Shown here piece by piece: positions 52,806 to 64,000 of a stretch of 64,000 nucleotides of DNA (its first letter is position 1; every line of letters begins with the position of its first letter). The position numbers and the translations under genes are program-made. The DNA is from Ferrovum sp. (GTDB lineage Bacteria; Pseudomonadota; Gammaproteobacteria; Burkholderiales; Ferrovaceae). Location of the stretch: assembly GCA_010435995.1 (NCBI GenBank), contig JAAGNR010000062.1, positions 12-64,011 of the forward strand. Reading direction: 5' to 3'. Below the pieces are notes generated by a model. It was not told the DNA's origin, did no database searches, and saw nothing but the letters and a program-made list of their open reading frames with translations.

Positions 52806-55151
52806 ATGCGCCCTGCTTTACTCGGTTGGATCTTCGGCATTCTTTGCCTTCAAACCTTACCCCGTCTCTACCCTCTATGGCTTTTGCCGGCCTTGGCTTT
52901 ACTCTGCATCCCGTTTATTCACTGGGGACGTCATCACCCTCCCCTCCGCCCCCCCATAGTTTTTCTCCTCTGCTGCCTAGCGGGCTTTAACGATGCCGGA
53001 GAACGGTCACGCATCCGCCTGCAACACCAACTTTCTCCTTCATGGGATCACCGCACCCTGCAAATGAGCGGCACTATCACCAGTCTAGTAGAAACCCGCC
53101 CCACCAGCCAACGCTTCTCCTTTTGCCCAGACCCCAATCCAGACTTACCTGCCACGTTGGACTTGACCCGCTTCAATCATGCCCCAGACCTGCAGTCCCC
53201 CAACTTTTCCCCCGGCCAACGGTGGCGTTTCGACGTACAACTCAAACGTCCCCATAGCCTAATCAACCCAGGCGGATTTGATGGCGAAACCTGGGCCTGG
53301 AGCGAAGGAATTTTGGCCCAGGGCAGCATCAATTCAAAGTTTTCCGCTCAATTCCTGGGATGGGACCATCCCTCTGATGAAGAGGGATTGCGCATTCTCC
53401 TGGAACAATTCCGCAGCCAACTGCGCACACGCATGCAACACATTCTTGGTGACCGTCGTTGGTCTGCCGTACTCATTGCCCTCGTCATCGGTGACCAATC
53501 TGCCATATCCCAGGAAGACTGGAAACTCTTCTGGTCCACGGGCGTGGGCCACCTAGTCAGCATATCCGGTTTGCACATCACCCTTCTGGCAGGACTGGTG
53601 GCAAAAACCACCGGGCTGGTCTGGCCCTCTCGACGCCTACGATGGCTATCAGGATGGTTGGGAGCCACGGCCTATTCGCTGATTGCCGGATTTTCCCTGC
53701 CTACCCAGCGCACCCTGTATGGCATTACCGTGGTGACCGCCACAGGCTTGCTACAGCGCCCTCTGCCACCGTTCACGGGTCTGCTGCTGGCCTGCGCTCT
53801 GGTTCTGGCCAAGGATCCCTGGGCGCCATTGGCGGCAGGATTCTGGCTCTCTTTTGGAGCAGTCGCCTGGTTGATGTACGCTGGGGCCTATCGTACAGGC
53901 CACTTTCCCTGGTGGGCCGAGGGTTGGAACACCCAATGGGCTGCCACCTGGTCACTCTTACCCTTGCTGGTGTGGCTGTTTGGCCAGGTTTCCTGGATTT
54001 CCCCGCTGGCCAATGCCATTGCCGTTCCTGTCGTCAGCTTGGCTGTGGTTCCCTTGGCGCTACTTGGACTGGTGCCTGGACTATCCGTCTGCCTGATCTG
54101 GTCACACGATCTCTTTGCGCTGACTGCGGCGATCCTGCATTTCCTAGTCGACCACTCGCCCCCTCAGTGGATCCTTCCAACCCCCACCCTTCCAGTACTT
54201 CTCGGAGCCACCCTGGGCGTAGGATTTTTGCTGGCTCCCCGAGGGCTTCCCGGACGCTGGGGGGGAATCATCGGCTTGCTGGGTCTGGCAGCATCGCCTC
54301 TGCCTAGGCCTCCATTCGGTAGCGTATGGATAAACATTCTCGATGTGGGACAAGGGCTGTCCATGGTGATCCGCACCCAGCACCATACACTGGTGGTAGA
54401 TACAGGACCGCGCTACAGCCCCGAACATGATGCCGGCGAAAGGGTACTGGTTCCTGCTTTGCACAGTTTTGGCATTACCCATCTCGATGGGTTGGTACTC
54501 AGCCACCAAGATCTGGATCACACAGGTGGCACCGCATCCCTGTTGCAGGGTTACGCCATCCCCTGGGTATTATCCCCCTTGGCATCGGAGCACCCCTTGA
54601 TCCACCCCATTCCCCGACACCTCACTTGCTACGCCGGGCAGTTTTGGAATTGGGATGGGGTACACTTTGAAGTGCTGCACCCTCTACTCAAGAACGTCCA
54701 CGATTCTTCTATAAAAACCAATGACCGAGCCTGTGTCCTGCGTCTTGGTACAGAAACCATTCACTTTCTCTTGCCCGCGGATATCGAAGCACCCAGTGAA
54801 AGAGAATTGGTTGCCCGTGCTCCCGACTCACTCCATGCCGATCTGTTGGTCGCCCCCCACCATGGCAGCAAAACTTCGTCGACGGCAGAGTTTCTTGCCG
54901 CAGTTTCCCCCCAGTGGAGCATTTTTTCGGTCGGGGATCACAACCATTTTCATCATCCCCACCCCCTGGTATGGGAACGCTATGGGGCTCTTCCAAGCAT
55001 ACGCTTACGAACCGATCGTTGTGGTGCCATCGCTGTACAAGGAGAATCGACCCGTCTCACCTTACGTTCACAAAGGGCGGAATTCCCCCACTACTGGGAA
55101 GTTCCCTGCGCGGATCCGGCGCATAATAGTCTTGGTCTTGATACTCCTTAG
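52806..55151 (+). CDS. comEC: DNA uptake channel ComEC/Rec2
   Basis: NPGGFD, HL.SISGLH, GFWLSF, DVGQG, SH.D.DH, HHGS. Confidence 0.92.
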   Translation: MRPALLGWIFGILCLQTLPRLYPLWLLPALALLCIPFIHWGRHHPPLRPPIVFLLCCLAGFNDAGERSRIRLQHQLSPSWDHRTLQMSGTITSLVETRPTSQRFSFCPDPNPDLPATLDLTRFNHAPDLQSPNFSPGQRWRFDVQLKRPHSLINPGGFDGETWAWSEGILAQGSINSKFSAQFLGWDHPSDEEGLRILLEQFRSQLRTRMQHILGDRRWSAVLIALVIGDQSAISQEDWKLFWSTGVGHLVSISGLHITLLAGLVAKTTGLVWPSRRLRWLSGWLGATAYSLIAGFSLPTQRTLYGITVVTATGLLQRPLPPFTGLLLACALVLAKDPWAPLAAGFWLSFGAVAWLMYAGAYRTGHFPWWAEGWNTQWAATWSLLPLLVWLFGQVSWISPLANAIAVPVVSLAVVPLALLGLVPGLSVCLIWSHDLFALTAAILHFLVDHSPPQWILPTPTLPVLLGATLGVGFLLAPRGLPGRWGGIIGLLGLAASPLPRPPFGSVWINILDVGQGLSMVIRTQHHTLVVDTGPRYSPEHDAGERVLVPALHSFGITHLDGLVLSHQDLDHTGGTASLLQGYAIPWVLSPLASEHPLIHPIPRHLTCYAGQFWNWDGVHFEVLHPLLKNVHDSSIKTNDRACVLRLGTETIHFLLPADIEAPSERELVARAPDSLHADLLVAPHHGSKTSSTAEFLAAVSPQWSIFSVGDHNHFHHPHPLVWERYGALPSIRLRTDRCGAIAVQGESTRLTLRSQRAEFPHYWEVPCADPAHNSLGLDTP

Positions 55152-55199
55152 CAAGGTGGCCATAATAGGTATTATGAAAACACCAATGCTGTTCCTCTC

Positions 55200-57362
55200 A
55201 TGGTAACCCGCTCCTCTACTGCCAAACCTGGTTCCGATCCAGGGCTTGACGATCTGGGTCTGCATCAGCGTTATCTGGATCCGGATGCCACCACGATCAT
55301 GCAGGTATTTCAGTACATCACCACCCAAGAGTCGGAGGATGACGAAGAACAACACGCCCTGCAGCGTGCCTTGACGAGTGCCCGACTGCTCAGCGATCTG
55401 GAAACCCATCCGGCTTGTATTATGGTGGCTTTGCTCCGCGCTCTGCCTTGGCCCCGACAGGAATCTCTGGCGCAAAAAATCCCCTTGGATGGAGAAATCC
55501 TGCTCCTGGCTCGGGATCTGCATCGCCTGGATCAGGTCCTCGTCCAGATTGATCATCAAGAGTCCGGTAAGGCCAGCGATGCTGAACGTCTGGAAGGAAT
55601 TCGCAAACTCCTCCTGACGCTGGTACAGGACATTCGCGTAGTCATCATTGCACTGGCGGAACGAGTCTGGTTGATGCGTGCCAGCGCCTCCATGGAAACC
55701 TCACTCCAGCATCAATTGGCACGACAAACCCTGGACCTGTACACGCCCTTAGCCAATCGACTGGGAGTCTGGTTTCTCAAGTGGGAACTGGAAGATCTGG
55801 CCCTGCGTATCCTCGAACCCGACACCTACAAGCTGATTGCCCAAAAACTGGCGGAACGTTTCATCCAACGCGAAGCCTATATTGCCTCCGTAGTTACCCA
55901 ATTGAATGACGCCCTTATCGAACACGGAATCCGCGGTGAAGTGTACGGTCGCCCAAAGCACATTTATAGCATCGTCAAGAAAATGCGCAGCAAAAATCTG
56001 ATTTTTGACCGCGTTCACGACATTCGTGCCGTACGGGTCATTGTCGACACTATTCCCGAATGCTATACCGTACTGGGAATCGTACATCAACACTGGGTTC
56101 CTGTAGTCGGAGAATTTGACGATTACATTGCCCGCCCAAAAGGCAATCACTATCGTTCTCTCCACACGGCAGTCCATGGACCGGAAGACAAGATTGTGGA
56201 AATCCAGATTCGTACCCACGAGATGCACCGTGATTCCGAATTGGGCATCGCATCCCACTGGCGTTACAAGGAAGGGGCAAAAGCCGATCGTTCCTTTGAA
56301 GAGCGGGTCGTATGGCTACGGCAAATGCTGGACTGGCAGAATGAGGTCGCCCAGGCTCGGGGAAATCCCATTCCCCCGCGGGAAGAAACCATTTTTGTTT
56401 TTACCCCCCAGGGGCGAGTCATCGATCTGCCGCGAGGAGCCACCCCCATTGACTTTGCCTATCAGGTTCACAGCGAGTTGGGGCACCGTTGCCGTGGCGC
56501 CAAAGTAGATGGTCAGATGGTCCCCCTGAATCAACCCCTGCACAATGCCCAGCGCGTGGAAATCGTCACCGTCCGGCAGGGAGGCCCCAGTCGCGATTGG
56601 CTCAACCCCGCCTATGGGTATCTCAAGACACACCGCGCCCAAACCAAGGTGCGCCAATGGTTCAAACAGCAGAACTGGGAAGAAGATGTTGCCAGCGGAA
56701 GGGCTCTGCTGGAAAAGTGGATCAACCGCACCGGAAAAACCCCTCCGGCGCTGGAACAATTGGCCAATCATACGGGCTATTCACGGGTGGATGACTTTTT
56801 GGTGGCCTTGGCGCGCAACGATATTTCCGCCCGTCAAATCGAGGAGATACTCTCTCCTACTCCGGCGGCACCCCATGAAATCTCACTGCTGGCACCTACA
56901 TCGGCCAATACTGCTCCAACCAATAAAGGGATTCTCGTGGTGGGCGTCTCCGACATTGCCACTGTCGTCGCAAAATGTTGCAAACCCGTCCCTCCCGAAC
57001 CCATTCTGGGATTTGTCACTCGTGGCCGTGGGATCAGCATTCACCGCGCCAATTGTCGCAGCTTGGCGGCCTTGACCACTCGGCAATGGCAACGGCTGAT
57101 TCCCGTCACCTGGGGCCAACAAAACATGTCCGCTTTTGCCACCGATCTGGTGGTGGAAGCGCAAGACCGACAAGGCCTGTTGCGCGACATTTCGGAAGCC
57201 TTTACCCGCGAAAAAGTCAATGTCACCAGCGTCAATACCCAATCCCACGGTACGCAGGCACGGATGCGATTCACCGTGCAAATCGACGGTCTGGAACAAT
57301 TGGCAAGGATATTGAAAGCGTTACAAGGGGTCACCGGAGTAGAGGTTGCATACCGCGCCTGA
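55200..57362 (+). CDS. relA: (p)ppGpp synthetase RelA
   Basis: Degenerate HD domain, RPKHIYSI..KM, EFDDYI (ExDD), Y.SLH, EIQIR, TGS and ACT domains. Confidence 0.92.
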   Translation: MVTRSSTAKPGSDPGLDDLGLHQRYLDPDATTIMQVFQYITTQESEDDEEQHALQRALTSARLLSDLETHPACIMVALLRALPWPRQESLAQKIPLDGEILLLARDLHRLDQVLVQIDHQESGKASDAERLEGIRKLLLTLVQDIRVVIIALAERVWLMRASASMETSLQHQLARQTLDLYTPLANRLGVWFLKWELEDLALRILEPDTYKLIAQKLAERFIQREAYIASVVTQLNDALIEHGIRGEVYGRPKHIYSIVKKMRSKNLIFDRVHDIRAVRVIVDTIPECYTVLGIVHQHWVPVVGEFDDYIARPKGNHYRSLHTAVHGPEDKIVEIQIRTHEMHRDSELGIASHWRYKEGAKADRSFEERVVWLRQMLDWQNEVAQARGNPIPPREETIFVFTPQGRVIDLPRGATPIDFAYQVHSELGHRCRGAKVDGQMVPLNQPLHNAQRVEIVTVRQGGPSRDWLNPAYGYLKTHRAQTKVRQWFKQQNWEEDVASGRALLEKWINRTGKTPPALEQLANHTGYSRVDDFLVALARNDISARQIEEILSPTPAAPHEISLLAPTSANTAPTNKGILVVGVSDIATVVAKCCKPVPPEPILGFVTRGRGISIHRANCRSLAALTTRQWQRLIPVTWGQQNMSAFATDLVVEAQDRQGLLRDISEAFTREKVNVTSVNTQSHGTQARMRFTVQIDGLEQLARILKALQGVTGVEVAYRA

Positions 57363-57368
57363 CCCCGG

Positions 57369-58052
57369 TCACAAAGGCATCAGTACCCCGTCCACCAGAC
57401 GATAACGGGTATCTGTCCGTGCCGCCAGTTCAAGATCGTGGGTCACCATAATCAGTCCAGCACCCTGTTCCCGATTCAATCCGAGAATCAGCTCAAAAAC
57501 CTGACCAGCGGTATGCCGATCCAGATTGCCGGTGGGTTCATCAGCCAATACCAACGATGGGCGCGCCACCAGTGCCCGTGCCACCGCCGCCCGCTGCCGT
57601 TCACCGCCCGACAATTCACCTGGCCGATGATGAAGGCGATGCCCCAAGCCCACGGCAGTGAGCAGTTCGGTAGCCTGCTGATGTGCTTTCTGAGGTGAAA
57701 TGCGACCAATGCTCAAAGGCATCGCCACATTTTCCAACGCCGAAAACTCGGCCAATAGATGGTGGAATTGATAAACAAATCCCAAATGGCGGTTACGCAA
57801 TCGCCCCACCTGTTTTTCGCTCAAGGCCGTCAAAGACTGACCACTGAGTTTCACTTCCCCGCCATCGGGCCGGTCCAGACCGCCAAGCAGATGCAGTAGC
57901 GTGCTCTTGCCGCTGCCCGATGCGCCCAGAATCGCCACTTGTTCACCAGCCCGAACCGTCAGATCGACATGCTTGAGCACCGCCACCCGATCGCTGCCAA
58001 AGGAGAAGTGGCGCGACAATCCACGACATTCAAGCAGTGCAGACTCATTCAT
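57369..58052 (-). CDS. lolD: Lipoprotein-releasing ABC ATPase LolD
   Basis: [35 protein letters not shown]. Confidence 0.95.
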   Translation of the reverse strand: MNESALLECRGLSRHFSFGSDRVAVLKHVDLTVRAGEQVAILGASGSGKSTLLHLLGGLDRPDGGEVKLSGQSLTALSEKQVGRLRNRHLGFVYQFHHLLAEFSALENVAMPLSIGRISPQKAHQQATELLTAVGLGHRLHHRPGELSGGERQRAAVARALVARPSLVLADEPTGNLDRHTAGQVFELILGLNREQGAGLIMVTHDLELAARTDTRYRLVDGVLMPL

Positions 58053-59289
58053 AGCGCAAAGCCTCAGCCGGTTGTACCCGCGCCGCACGGTAACTGGGGT
58101 AGAGCGTGGCCAGTAACGTCAACACCAAGGCCGTCACTGCAATAGCCAGCACGTCCCCACGTTGTAAATCGGAAGGCAACTCGGAAATAAAATAGACTTG
58201 GGGTGAGAGAAAATGAACCCCCAACACTTTTTCTATGAAAGGCACGATGACCCGTATATTCAGCGCTGTCACCACCCCCAAACCCACGCCCACCGCCATA
58301 CCGATGACCCCAATCAAGGCCCCCTGAATCATGAAAATCACCAGAATACTGGCAGGGGAGGCCCCCAAGGTTCGCAAAATGGCAATATCCGCCTGTTTGT
58401 CTGTCACGACCATCACCAAGGTGGAAACAATGTTGAATGCGGCTACCGCCACGATCAACAACAAAATTATGAACATCATGGTTTTTTCCAGCGCCACAGC
58501 ATGGAACAGATTGGCATGCTCCTGAGTCCAGTCGCTGATCCAGGCATCTACGGTCAACGTTGATGCCAATTGATGGGCCACTCGTGGGGCCTGCATCATA
58601 TCGCGCAATTTTAGACGCACTCCAGTCACGTTTTCTCCCAAACGAAACAATGCCTGAGCATCTGTCAGATGAATCAGCGCCAAGCCGCTGTCGTATTCAA
58701 ACATCCCGACATGAAATAGTCCTACCACCCGAAACTGCTTGAGACGCGGCAACATGCCGGCAGGGGTCACCTGGCCCTGGGGAGTAATCAGCACCACTTT
58801 GTCACCCATTTGAACATGTAGCGCCTGCGCCAACTCCTGACCCAGCACGATGCCGAATTCATGGGGGCGCAACGCTGCCATGCTCCCCGCCACCATGTGC
58901 CGATCAATGTCTGCCACCTTGCGCTCTTCCTCTGGAAGGATGCCGCGCACCATCGTCCCCTGTACCAGATCGTCATTGGCCAGCATTCCCTGTCCATTGA
59001 CATAGGGCGCTGAACCCATGACTTCAGGATTGCGTGAAGCCTCTGCGGCTACCTTGGGCCAGTCGGGAAGGGATTGACCACTGCCATAAATCTGCACATG
59101 GGACGCCACCCCCAAAATCTTTTCCCGCATTTCCTTCTGAAAACCGTTCATCACCGACAACACCACGATCAGAGCCGCCACTCCTAGGGCAATGCCCGCC
59201 ATGGAAATGAGAGAGATAAAGGAAATAAAGTGATTGCGACGTTTGGCCCGGGTATAACGCAACCCTACCGTGAGCTCAAACCACTTCAA
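58045..59289 (-). CDS. lolC: Lipoprotein-releasing permease LolC/E (single LolF-type)
   Basis: [35 protein letters not shown]. Confidence 0.92.
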   Translation of the reverse strand: MKWFELTVGLRYTRAKRRNHFISFISLISMAGIALGVAALIVVLSVMNGFQKEMREKILGVASHVQIYGSGQSLPDWPKVAAEASRNPEVMGSAPYVNGQGMLANDDLVQGTMVRGILPEEERKVADIDRHMVAGSMAALRPHEFGIVLGQELAQALHVQMGDKVVLITPQGQVTPAGMLPRLKQFRVVGLFHVGMFEYDSGLALIHLTDAQALFRLGENVTGVRLKLRDMMQAPRVAHQLASTLTVDAWISDWTQEHANLFHAVALEKTMMFIILLLIVAVAAFNIVSTLVMVVTDKQADIAILRTLGASPASILVIFMIQGALIGVIGMAVGVGLGVVTALNIRVIVPFIEKVLGVHFLSPQVYFISELPSDLQRGDVLAIAVTALVLTLLATLYPSYRAARVQPAEALRYE

Positions 59290-60773
59290 GAGGCTTCCTG
59301 CCGCATCTGCGGGAATAGAATGACATCACGAATCGATGGACTGTCCGTCAAGAGCATCACCAGCCGGTCAATGCCGATGCCTTCTCCTGCAGTGGGCGGC
59401 AACCCATATTCAAGGGCTCGGATGTAATCCGCATCGTAATGCATGGCTTCCTGATCCCCTGCTTCTTTCTGACGCACTTGGGCCTGAAAGCGGGCTGCCT
59501 GATCCTCAGCATCATTCAATTCGGAAAATCCGTTGGCCAGTTCCCGGCCCACGACAAACAATTCAAAGCGCTCGGTGATGTCGGGTTGGGTATCACTCCG
59601 TCGTGCCAATGGCGACACCTCGGCCGGATAATCCACAATAAAAGTGGGATCGAATAGCAAGGCTTCCGTGGTTTCCTCGAACAAGGCCAACTGCAAACTT
59701 CCGACGGTCGCGCCAATTGCGAATTTTACCCCCAGACGGTGCAACTCCTGACGCAGTTCCTCGACATTCGCCATGCGCTCCGGAGTGTACTCGGGATGAT
59801 ACTGGGTCAAGGCCTCCGCCAGAGTTAAACGGTGAAAGGGCAGGCCCAAATCAAGGGTACGTCCACCATAACTGATTTGCGTGGTCCCCACCACTTCTTG
59901 CGCCACAAAACGCAACAACGCTTCCGTCAAGTCCATGAGGTCGCGATAATCATGATAAGCCGCATAAAACTCGATCATGGTGAATTCGGGATTATGGCGC
60001 GGGGACAATCCTTCATTGCGGAAATTGCGATTGATCTCGAATACCCGCTCCATCCCTCCCACGACCAAACGCTTGAGGTACAGTTCAGGAGCGATGCGCA
60101 GATACAGGTCACAATCCAGAGCATTATGATGGGTCACAAAAGGACGGGCAGCGGCCCCTCCGGGAATGGGATGCATCATGGGAGTTTCCACTTCCAGATA
60201 ATCCCGCGCCACGAGAAATTCGCGTACTTTCTGTACAATACGGCTGCGCTGGATAAACACCTGACGAGAATGATCATTGGTAATGAGATCAAGGTAACGC
60301 TGTCGATATTTCTGTTCCTGATCAGTCAAGCCATGGAATTTTTCGGGAAGCGGCCTGAGGGATTTCACCAACAAGCGGATGGACTCCACCCGAATGGTCA
60401 GTTCCCCCATGCGCGTTTTGAACAACACGCCGACAACACCCAGAATATCTCCCAGGTCCCACTGCTTGAAGGCGGCATAGCACGCTTCTCCCACTCCCTC
60501 GCGCTGCAGAAAAACCTGCATACGCCCCGTCCCATCCTGCAATGTGGCAAAACTGGCTTTACCCATGATCCGTTTGAGCATCAAGCGCCCAGCCAAGTGC
60601 ACTGTCACTCCCTGCGCTTCGAGACTTTCTTCCGTCAATTGGGCATAGTTCAAATGCAACGGCCCCGCCTCGTGGGTACGTTTGAAACTGTTGGGAAAAG
60701 CATCTCCCGCATCGCGCCATGCTTGCAATTTGGTGCGGCGCTCGTGGATCAACGGACTATCGTCATCGGACAT
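59286..60773 (-). CDS. lysS: Lysine--tRNA ligase (class II)
   Basis: [39 protein letters not shown]. Confidence 0.97.
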   Translation of the reverse strand: MSDDDSPLIHERRTKLQAWRDAGDAFPNSFKRTHEAGPLHLNYAQLTEESLEAQGVTVHLAGRLMLKRIMGKASFATLQDGTGRMQVFLQREGVGEACYAAFKQWDLGDILGVVGVLFKTRMGELTIRVESIRLLVKSLRPLPEKFHGLTDQEQKYRQRYLDLITNDHSRQVFIQRSRIVQKVREFLVARDYLEVETPMMHPIPGGAAARPFVTHHNALDCDLYLRIAPELYLKRLVVGGMERVFEINRNFRNEGLSPRHNPEFTMIEFYAAYHDYRDLMDLTEALLRFVAQEVVGTTQISYGGRTLDLGLPFHRLTLAEALTQYHPEYTPERMANVEELRQELHRLGVKFAIGATVGSLQLALFEETTEALLFDPTFIVDYPAEVSPLARRSDTQPDITERFELFVVGRELANGFSELNDAEDQAARFQAQVRQKEAGDQEAMHYDADYIRALEYGLPPTAGEGIGIDRLVMLLTDSPSIRDVILFPQMRQEAS

Positions 60774-60785
60774 CGTTCTTCTCCC

Positions 60786-61890
60786 TCATACCCCTTGTTT
60801 CAGACTGGCTTCTATGAACAGTTCCAAGTCCCCATCCAGCACGGCTTGGGTATTCCCCACTTCCACCAGGGTACGCAAATCCTTGATGCGTGACTGATCG
60901 AGCACATAGGATCGAATCTGGTGTCCCCAGCCAATATCGGTTTTGCTGTCTTCCATGGCCTGCTTTTCGGCAGTGCGTTTGCGCAACTCCGCTTCGTAGA
61001 GCTTGGACTTGAGCATGGCCATGGCTTCCGCACGGTTGCGATGCTGGGAGCGGTCATTCTGGCACTGCACCACGATCCCTGAAGGGGCATGGGTTATTCG
61101 AACCGCCGAGTCGGTTTTATTGATGTGCTGCCCCCCCGCTCCGGAAGCCCGAAAGGTATCAATACGCAAGTCGGCAGGATTGATATCCACTTCAATGGAG
61201 TCATCCACCTCGGGATAAACAAATACGGACGCAAAGGAAGTATGACGCCGGTTGCCCGAGTCGAAGGGGGACTTGCGTACCAGGCGGTGAACTCCCGATT
61301 CCGTCCGCAAGTGACCGTAGGCATAACTTCCGCTGATCTTAAGGGAAGCGCTCTTGATGCCCGCCACTTCCCCGGGAGATTCTTCCAGAATTTCAACGGA
61401 GAATCCCTTGCGTTCGGCGTAACGCACATACATGCGCAGCATCATGGCCGCCCAGTCCTGGGCTTCTGTGCCGCCGGATCCTGATTGAATGTCGAGAAAA
61501 CCATTGGCCGAATCCAGCGGATGAGAGAACATGCGACGGAACTCCATGACCGCCACCCGCTTGTCTGTCGCCATCAAATCAGCCGCCACCGCTTCCAGGG
61601 TTTCATCGTCGCCTTCGGCCAAGGCCAGAGCAAACAATTCCCGTCCCTCCTCCAAGCCTTGGGTACAAGCATTCATCTCCTCGATCACTTCCTCGAGAAG
61701 TTTTCGCTCCCGTCCCAGTTCCTGACTTTTTTTACTGTCCTGCCACACCGCCGGATCTTCTGCCTGGCGCACGACCTCTTGCAGTCGGGCCACTTTGACA
61801 TCAAAGTCAAAGATACCTCCGCAGGGCCTGAAGACGCAGGGTCAGGTCCTGTTGCAGCGTTTCAAGGGCATTCAGCTGTTCGGCTTCCAT
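60786..61890 (-). CDS. prfB: Peptide chain release factor 2 with +1 programmed frameshift
   Basis: ATG 61890, 27 codons to CGG AGG TAT CTT TGA C (61812-61806), then +1 frame with SPF and GGQ motifs. Confidence 0.97.
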
Positions 61891-61950
61891 GGGATCGACA
61901 TCCTTCACCAAAATAATCGGTTATTATACCGTGCCCTGCCCATAAATGCC

Positions 61951-62841
61951 TTAGGATTCACGCAAGGGCTGCAAACCTGGAATCTTCATCAGGGAGCGCG
62001 TACGCCGCCAAAAACGTCGCTGGTGTCCTTTCCGGACCGTCACCTGCCCACTGTAACGCCCTTCCAGAGCTACCAGCGTCAGAGCCGAAATTTCCCCAGC
62101 AAACAAACGATCCAGCCAGGGTTGTACGAGAGTTGTCTCAAAAACCTGCGCCTGATGCCGCCATGCCTCCCCATCGCCATAGGCCGAGGGCCAACGCAAC
62201 CCATGGAATTGCTCGTGGGATGATTGCGCCACTTCCTCATCCCAGAACCACACTCCGCTCACCGATCGCTCGCCCCTCACTTCCCGTGCCTGATTCAGCG
62301 CACAGTCATGCAGCACCATCTGAACCTCGTTGAACAATGCCAACCATACCTGCCGGTCCTCACCTTGTGGCAAATGGTTCTCGATGCTGCGCCCCACACA
62401 GCGTTGCAAGGGGATAGTCTCGAGACGCGGTCGCGCATTCAGGCCCACCACCCATTGGCTGGGTGTCGAGGCGAAGAAAAACATCCCTGCCTCCTCAAAA
62501 TGGGCATTGAGTTGCGCACAAAATTCCTGACTTTCCTGCTTACCCAAGGGAAAAGTATAGGGGTCCAACAGCATCAATCGGTCTCTTTCAATATGGAGAT
62601 GGATGGGGTCGGCGCAGAACCATGTGGAGGCCGCACCCAGAAGTCCCGACTCCACTGCACGAGCGCGGGCAAGAGACTGCCGTGGTGCCTCTGGGGGCCA
62701 CTCCCCCAACCCCAGGGGCGCAGAGAATCTGTGCACATTCCCGTAGGACCAAATCCATTCGAGGGCGCCCAATGCCGGCACCAGCGTTTCCGGCAAATCC
62801 GGGAACAACCCAGGCACCACCAGCACCTTCTCTCCGTTCAC
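61951..62841 (-). CDS. Conserved hypothetical protein (RpfE-like / phosphoglycerate mutase-like fold)
   Basis: W.CADPIHL, LP.G...W..L.NEVQM.LH...N..R..RG...W.W, C-terminal RFWRR. Confidence 0.7.
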   Translation of the reverse strand: MNGEKVLVVPGLFPDLPETLVPALGALEWIWSYGNVHRFSAPLGLGEWPPEAPRQSLARARAVESGLLGAASTWFCADPIHLHIERDRLMLLDPYTFPLGKQESQEFCAQLNAHFEEAGMFFFASTPSQWVVGLNARPRLETIPLQRCVGRSIENHLPQGEDRQVWLALFNEVQMVLHDCALNQAREVRGERSVSGVWFWDEEVAQSSHEQFHGLRWPSAYGDGEAWRHQAQVFETTLVQPWLDRLFAGEISALTLVALEGRYSGQVTVRKGHQRRFWRRTRSLMKIPGLQPLRES

Positions 62842-62846
62842 GAATG

Positions 62847-64000
62847 TCAGCCCATAACCCGATGGCCCGACAGATCATGGGCATCAGCCGCGTCAATATG
62901 GACCGACAGGAACTGCCCCACCTTCAGGTCGGGAGCTGGGGCAATGGTCACCACACCATCAATATCGGGAGCATCTGCTGAACTTCTGCCGATGGCTCCG
63001 CCTTCTTCGGTCAATTCATCCACCAATACCTGACGCACCTGCCCCACAAAGCGGTGCAAGCGCCCCGCGCTGATGGACTCCTGGTGGCGCATCAAGCGTT
63101 CCTGGCGTTCGTGACGCAAGGATTCTGGTAGCGCGTCGGGCAATGCGTTAGCAGACGCCCCCTCTACCGGAGAGTAGGCAAAACACCCTACCCGATCCAG
63201 TTCTGCCGCCGTCAGGAATTGCAACAACTCCTCGAAATCTTGTTCCGTTTCCCCTGGAAACCCTGCAATAAAAGTACTGCGCAACGTCAAATCCGGGCAT
63301 ATACGCCGCCAGGAATGAATCCGCTCCAGAGTTTTCTCCACATCGCCCGGCCGCTTCATGGCCCGCAATAAACGCGGACTGGCGTGCTGCAAAGGAACGT
63401 CCAGATAAGGCAACAGCACCCCATCTGCCATGAGCGGAATCAATTCGTCTACGTGGGGATAAGGATAGACGTAATGAAGCCGCACCCAAGCACCCATTTT
63501 CCCCAGTGCCTGCGCCAGTTCGGTCAATCTGGTACGCACCGGTCGTCCTTGCCAAAAACCCGTGCGATAACGCAGATCCACACCGTAAGCACTGGTGTCC
63601 TGGGAAATCACCAGCAGTTCTTTCACCCCCGCATTCACCAAGTGTTCGGCTTCCTGCAAGACCTCCCCCACGGGACGACTGACCAGATCTCCGCGCAATG
63701 ACGGGATAATACAAAAAGTACAGCGGTGGTTGCACCCTTCGGAAATTTTCAGATAAGCGTAATGGGCCGGAGTCAGTTTCAGTCCCTGGGGCGGAATCAA
63801 ACTGGTAAAAGGGTCATGTCGGGGCGGCAGATGCGCGTGCAGAGCCTGCATGACTCCGGCTTTATCATGGGGGCCTGTGATGGCCAACACCTCGGGATAG
63901 CGCTCGCGAATACGCAACTCCTGAGCCCCCAGACAACCGGTGACAATCACTCGACCATTCTCGTCCAGCGCTTCCCCAATCGCATCCAGAGATTCATCAA
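62847..64000 (-). CDS. rimO: Ribosomal protein S12 methylthiotransferase RimO (5' end outside the window)
   Basis: [22 protein letters not shown] radical-SAM motif, [12 protein letters not shown] domain APDIDG. Confidence 0.95.
   Translation of the reverse strand, partial: DESLDAIGEALDENGRVIVTGCLGAQELRIRERYPEVLAITGPHDKAGVMQALHAHLPPRHDPFTSLIPPQGLKLTPAHYAYLKISEGCNHRCTFCIIPSLRGDLVSRPVGEVLQEAEHLVNAGVKELLVISQDTSAYGVDLRYRTGFWQGRPVRTRLTELAQALGKMGAWVRLHYVYPYPHVDELIPLMADGVLLPYLDVPLQHASPRLLRAMKRPGDVEKTLERIHSWRRICPDLTLRSTFIAGFPGETEQDFEELLQFLTAAELDRVGCFAYSPVEGASANALPDALPESLRHERQERLMRHQESISAGRLHRFVGQVRQVLVDELTEEGGAIGRSSADAPDIDGVVTIAPAPDLKVGQFLSVHIDAADAHDLSGHRVMG

Noticed and set aside
59832-60893. 353-aa plus-strand ORF
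   Set aside because: Antisense shadow of lysS with no recognisable motifs

Overview
Gene-dense 64 kb chromosomal window of a betaproteobacterium. This is inferred from the ffs-dnaX-ybaB-recR order, the nrdR-rib-nusB-thiL-pgpA-cinA-recA-recX order, RibBX and an E. coli-type LexA box; a Ferrovum/Gallionellaceae-like lineage is a guess only. Most of it is housekeeping: alr, pgm/algC, SRP RNA, pagL, dnaX, recR, serS, mltF, ispDF, ribA, ubiC, glnE, srkA, gst, ispB, a qseBC-like pair, recAX, the riboflavin operon, pmbA, comEC, relA, lolCD, lysS, frameshifted prfB and rimO. An accessory zone spans about 14.5-33 kb. (i) A translationally coupled operon encodes a monoheme SoxA/TsdA-like His/Cys cytochrome c, an OsmC-family protein and a DUF748 envelope protein. 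(ii) An unannotated 31-aa membrane peptide lies under a perfect FNR box and is followed by a long G-U-rich RNA hairpin. (iii) A decayed island at tRNA-Lys(CTT) holds integrase, ardC and hsdM remnants, an orphan arsH and a 32-bp perfect palindrome. Next to it are a PAS-GAF-PAS-GGDEF-EAL gene, a three-gene exported glycan-processing operon (CE4 deacetylase, DUF4015-like glycoside hydrolase, AmiE-like serine hydrolase-NamZ fusion) and aldB-DUF779. A candidate ~70-nt anti-SD sRNA sits under a TTAAG-N6-TTAAG box upstream of the qseB-like gene. No CRISPR array, rRNA or intact IS element was seen. All family calls come from motif recognition by eye, not from database searches.
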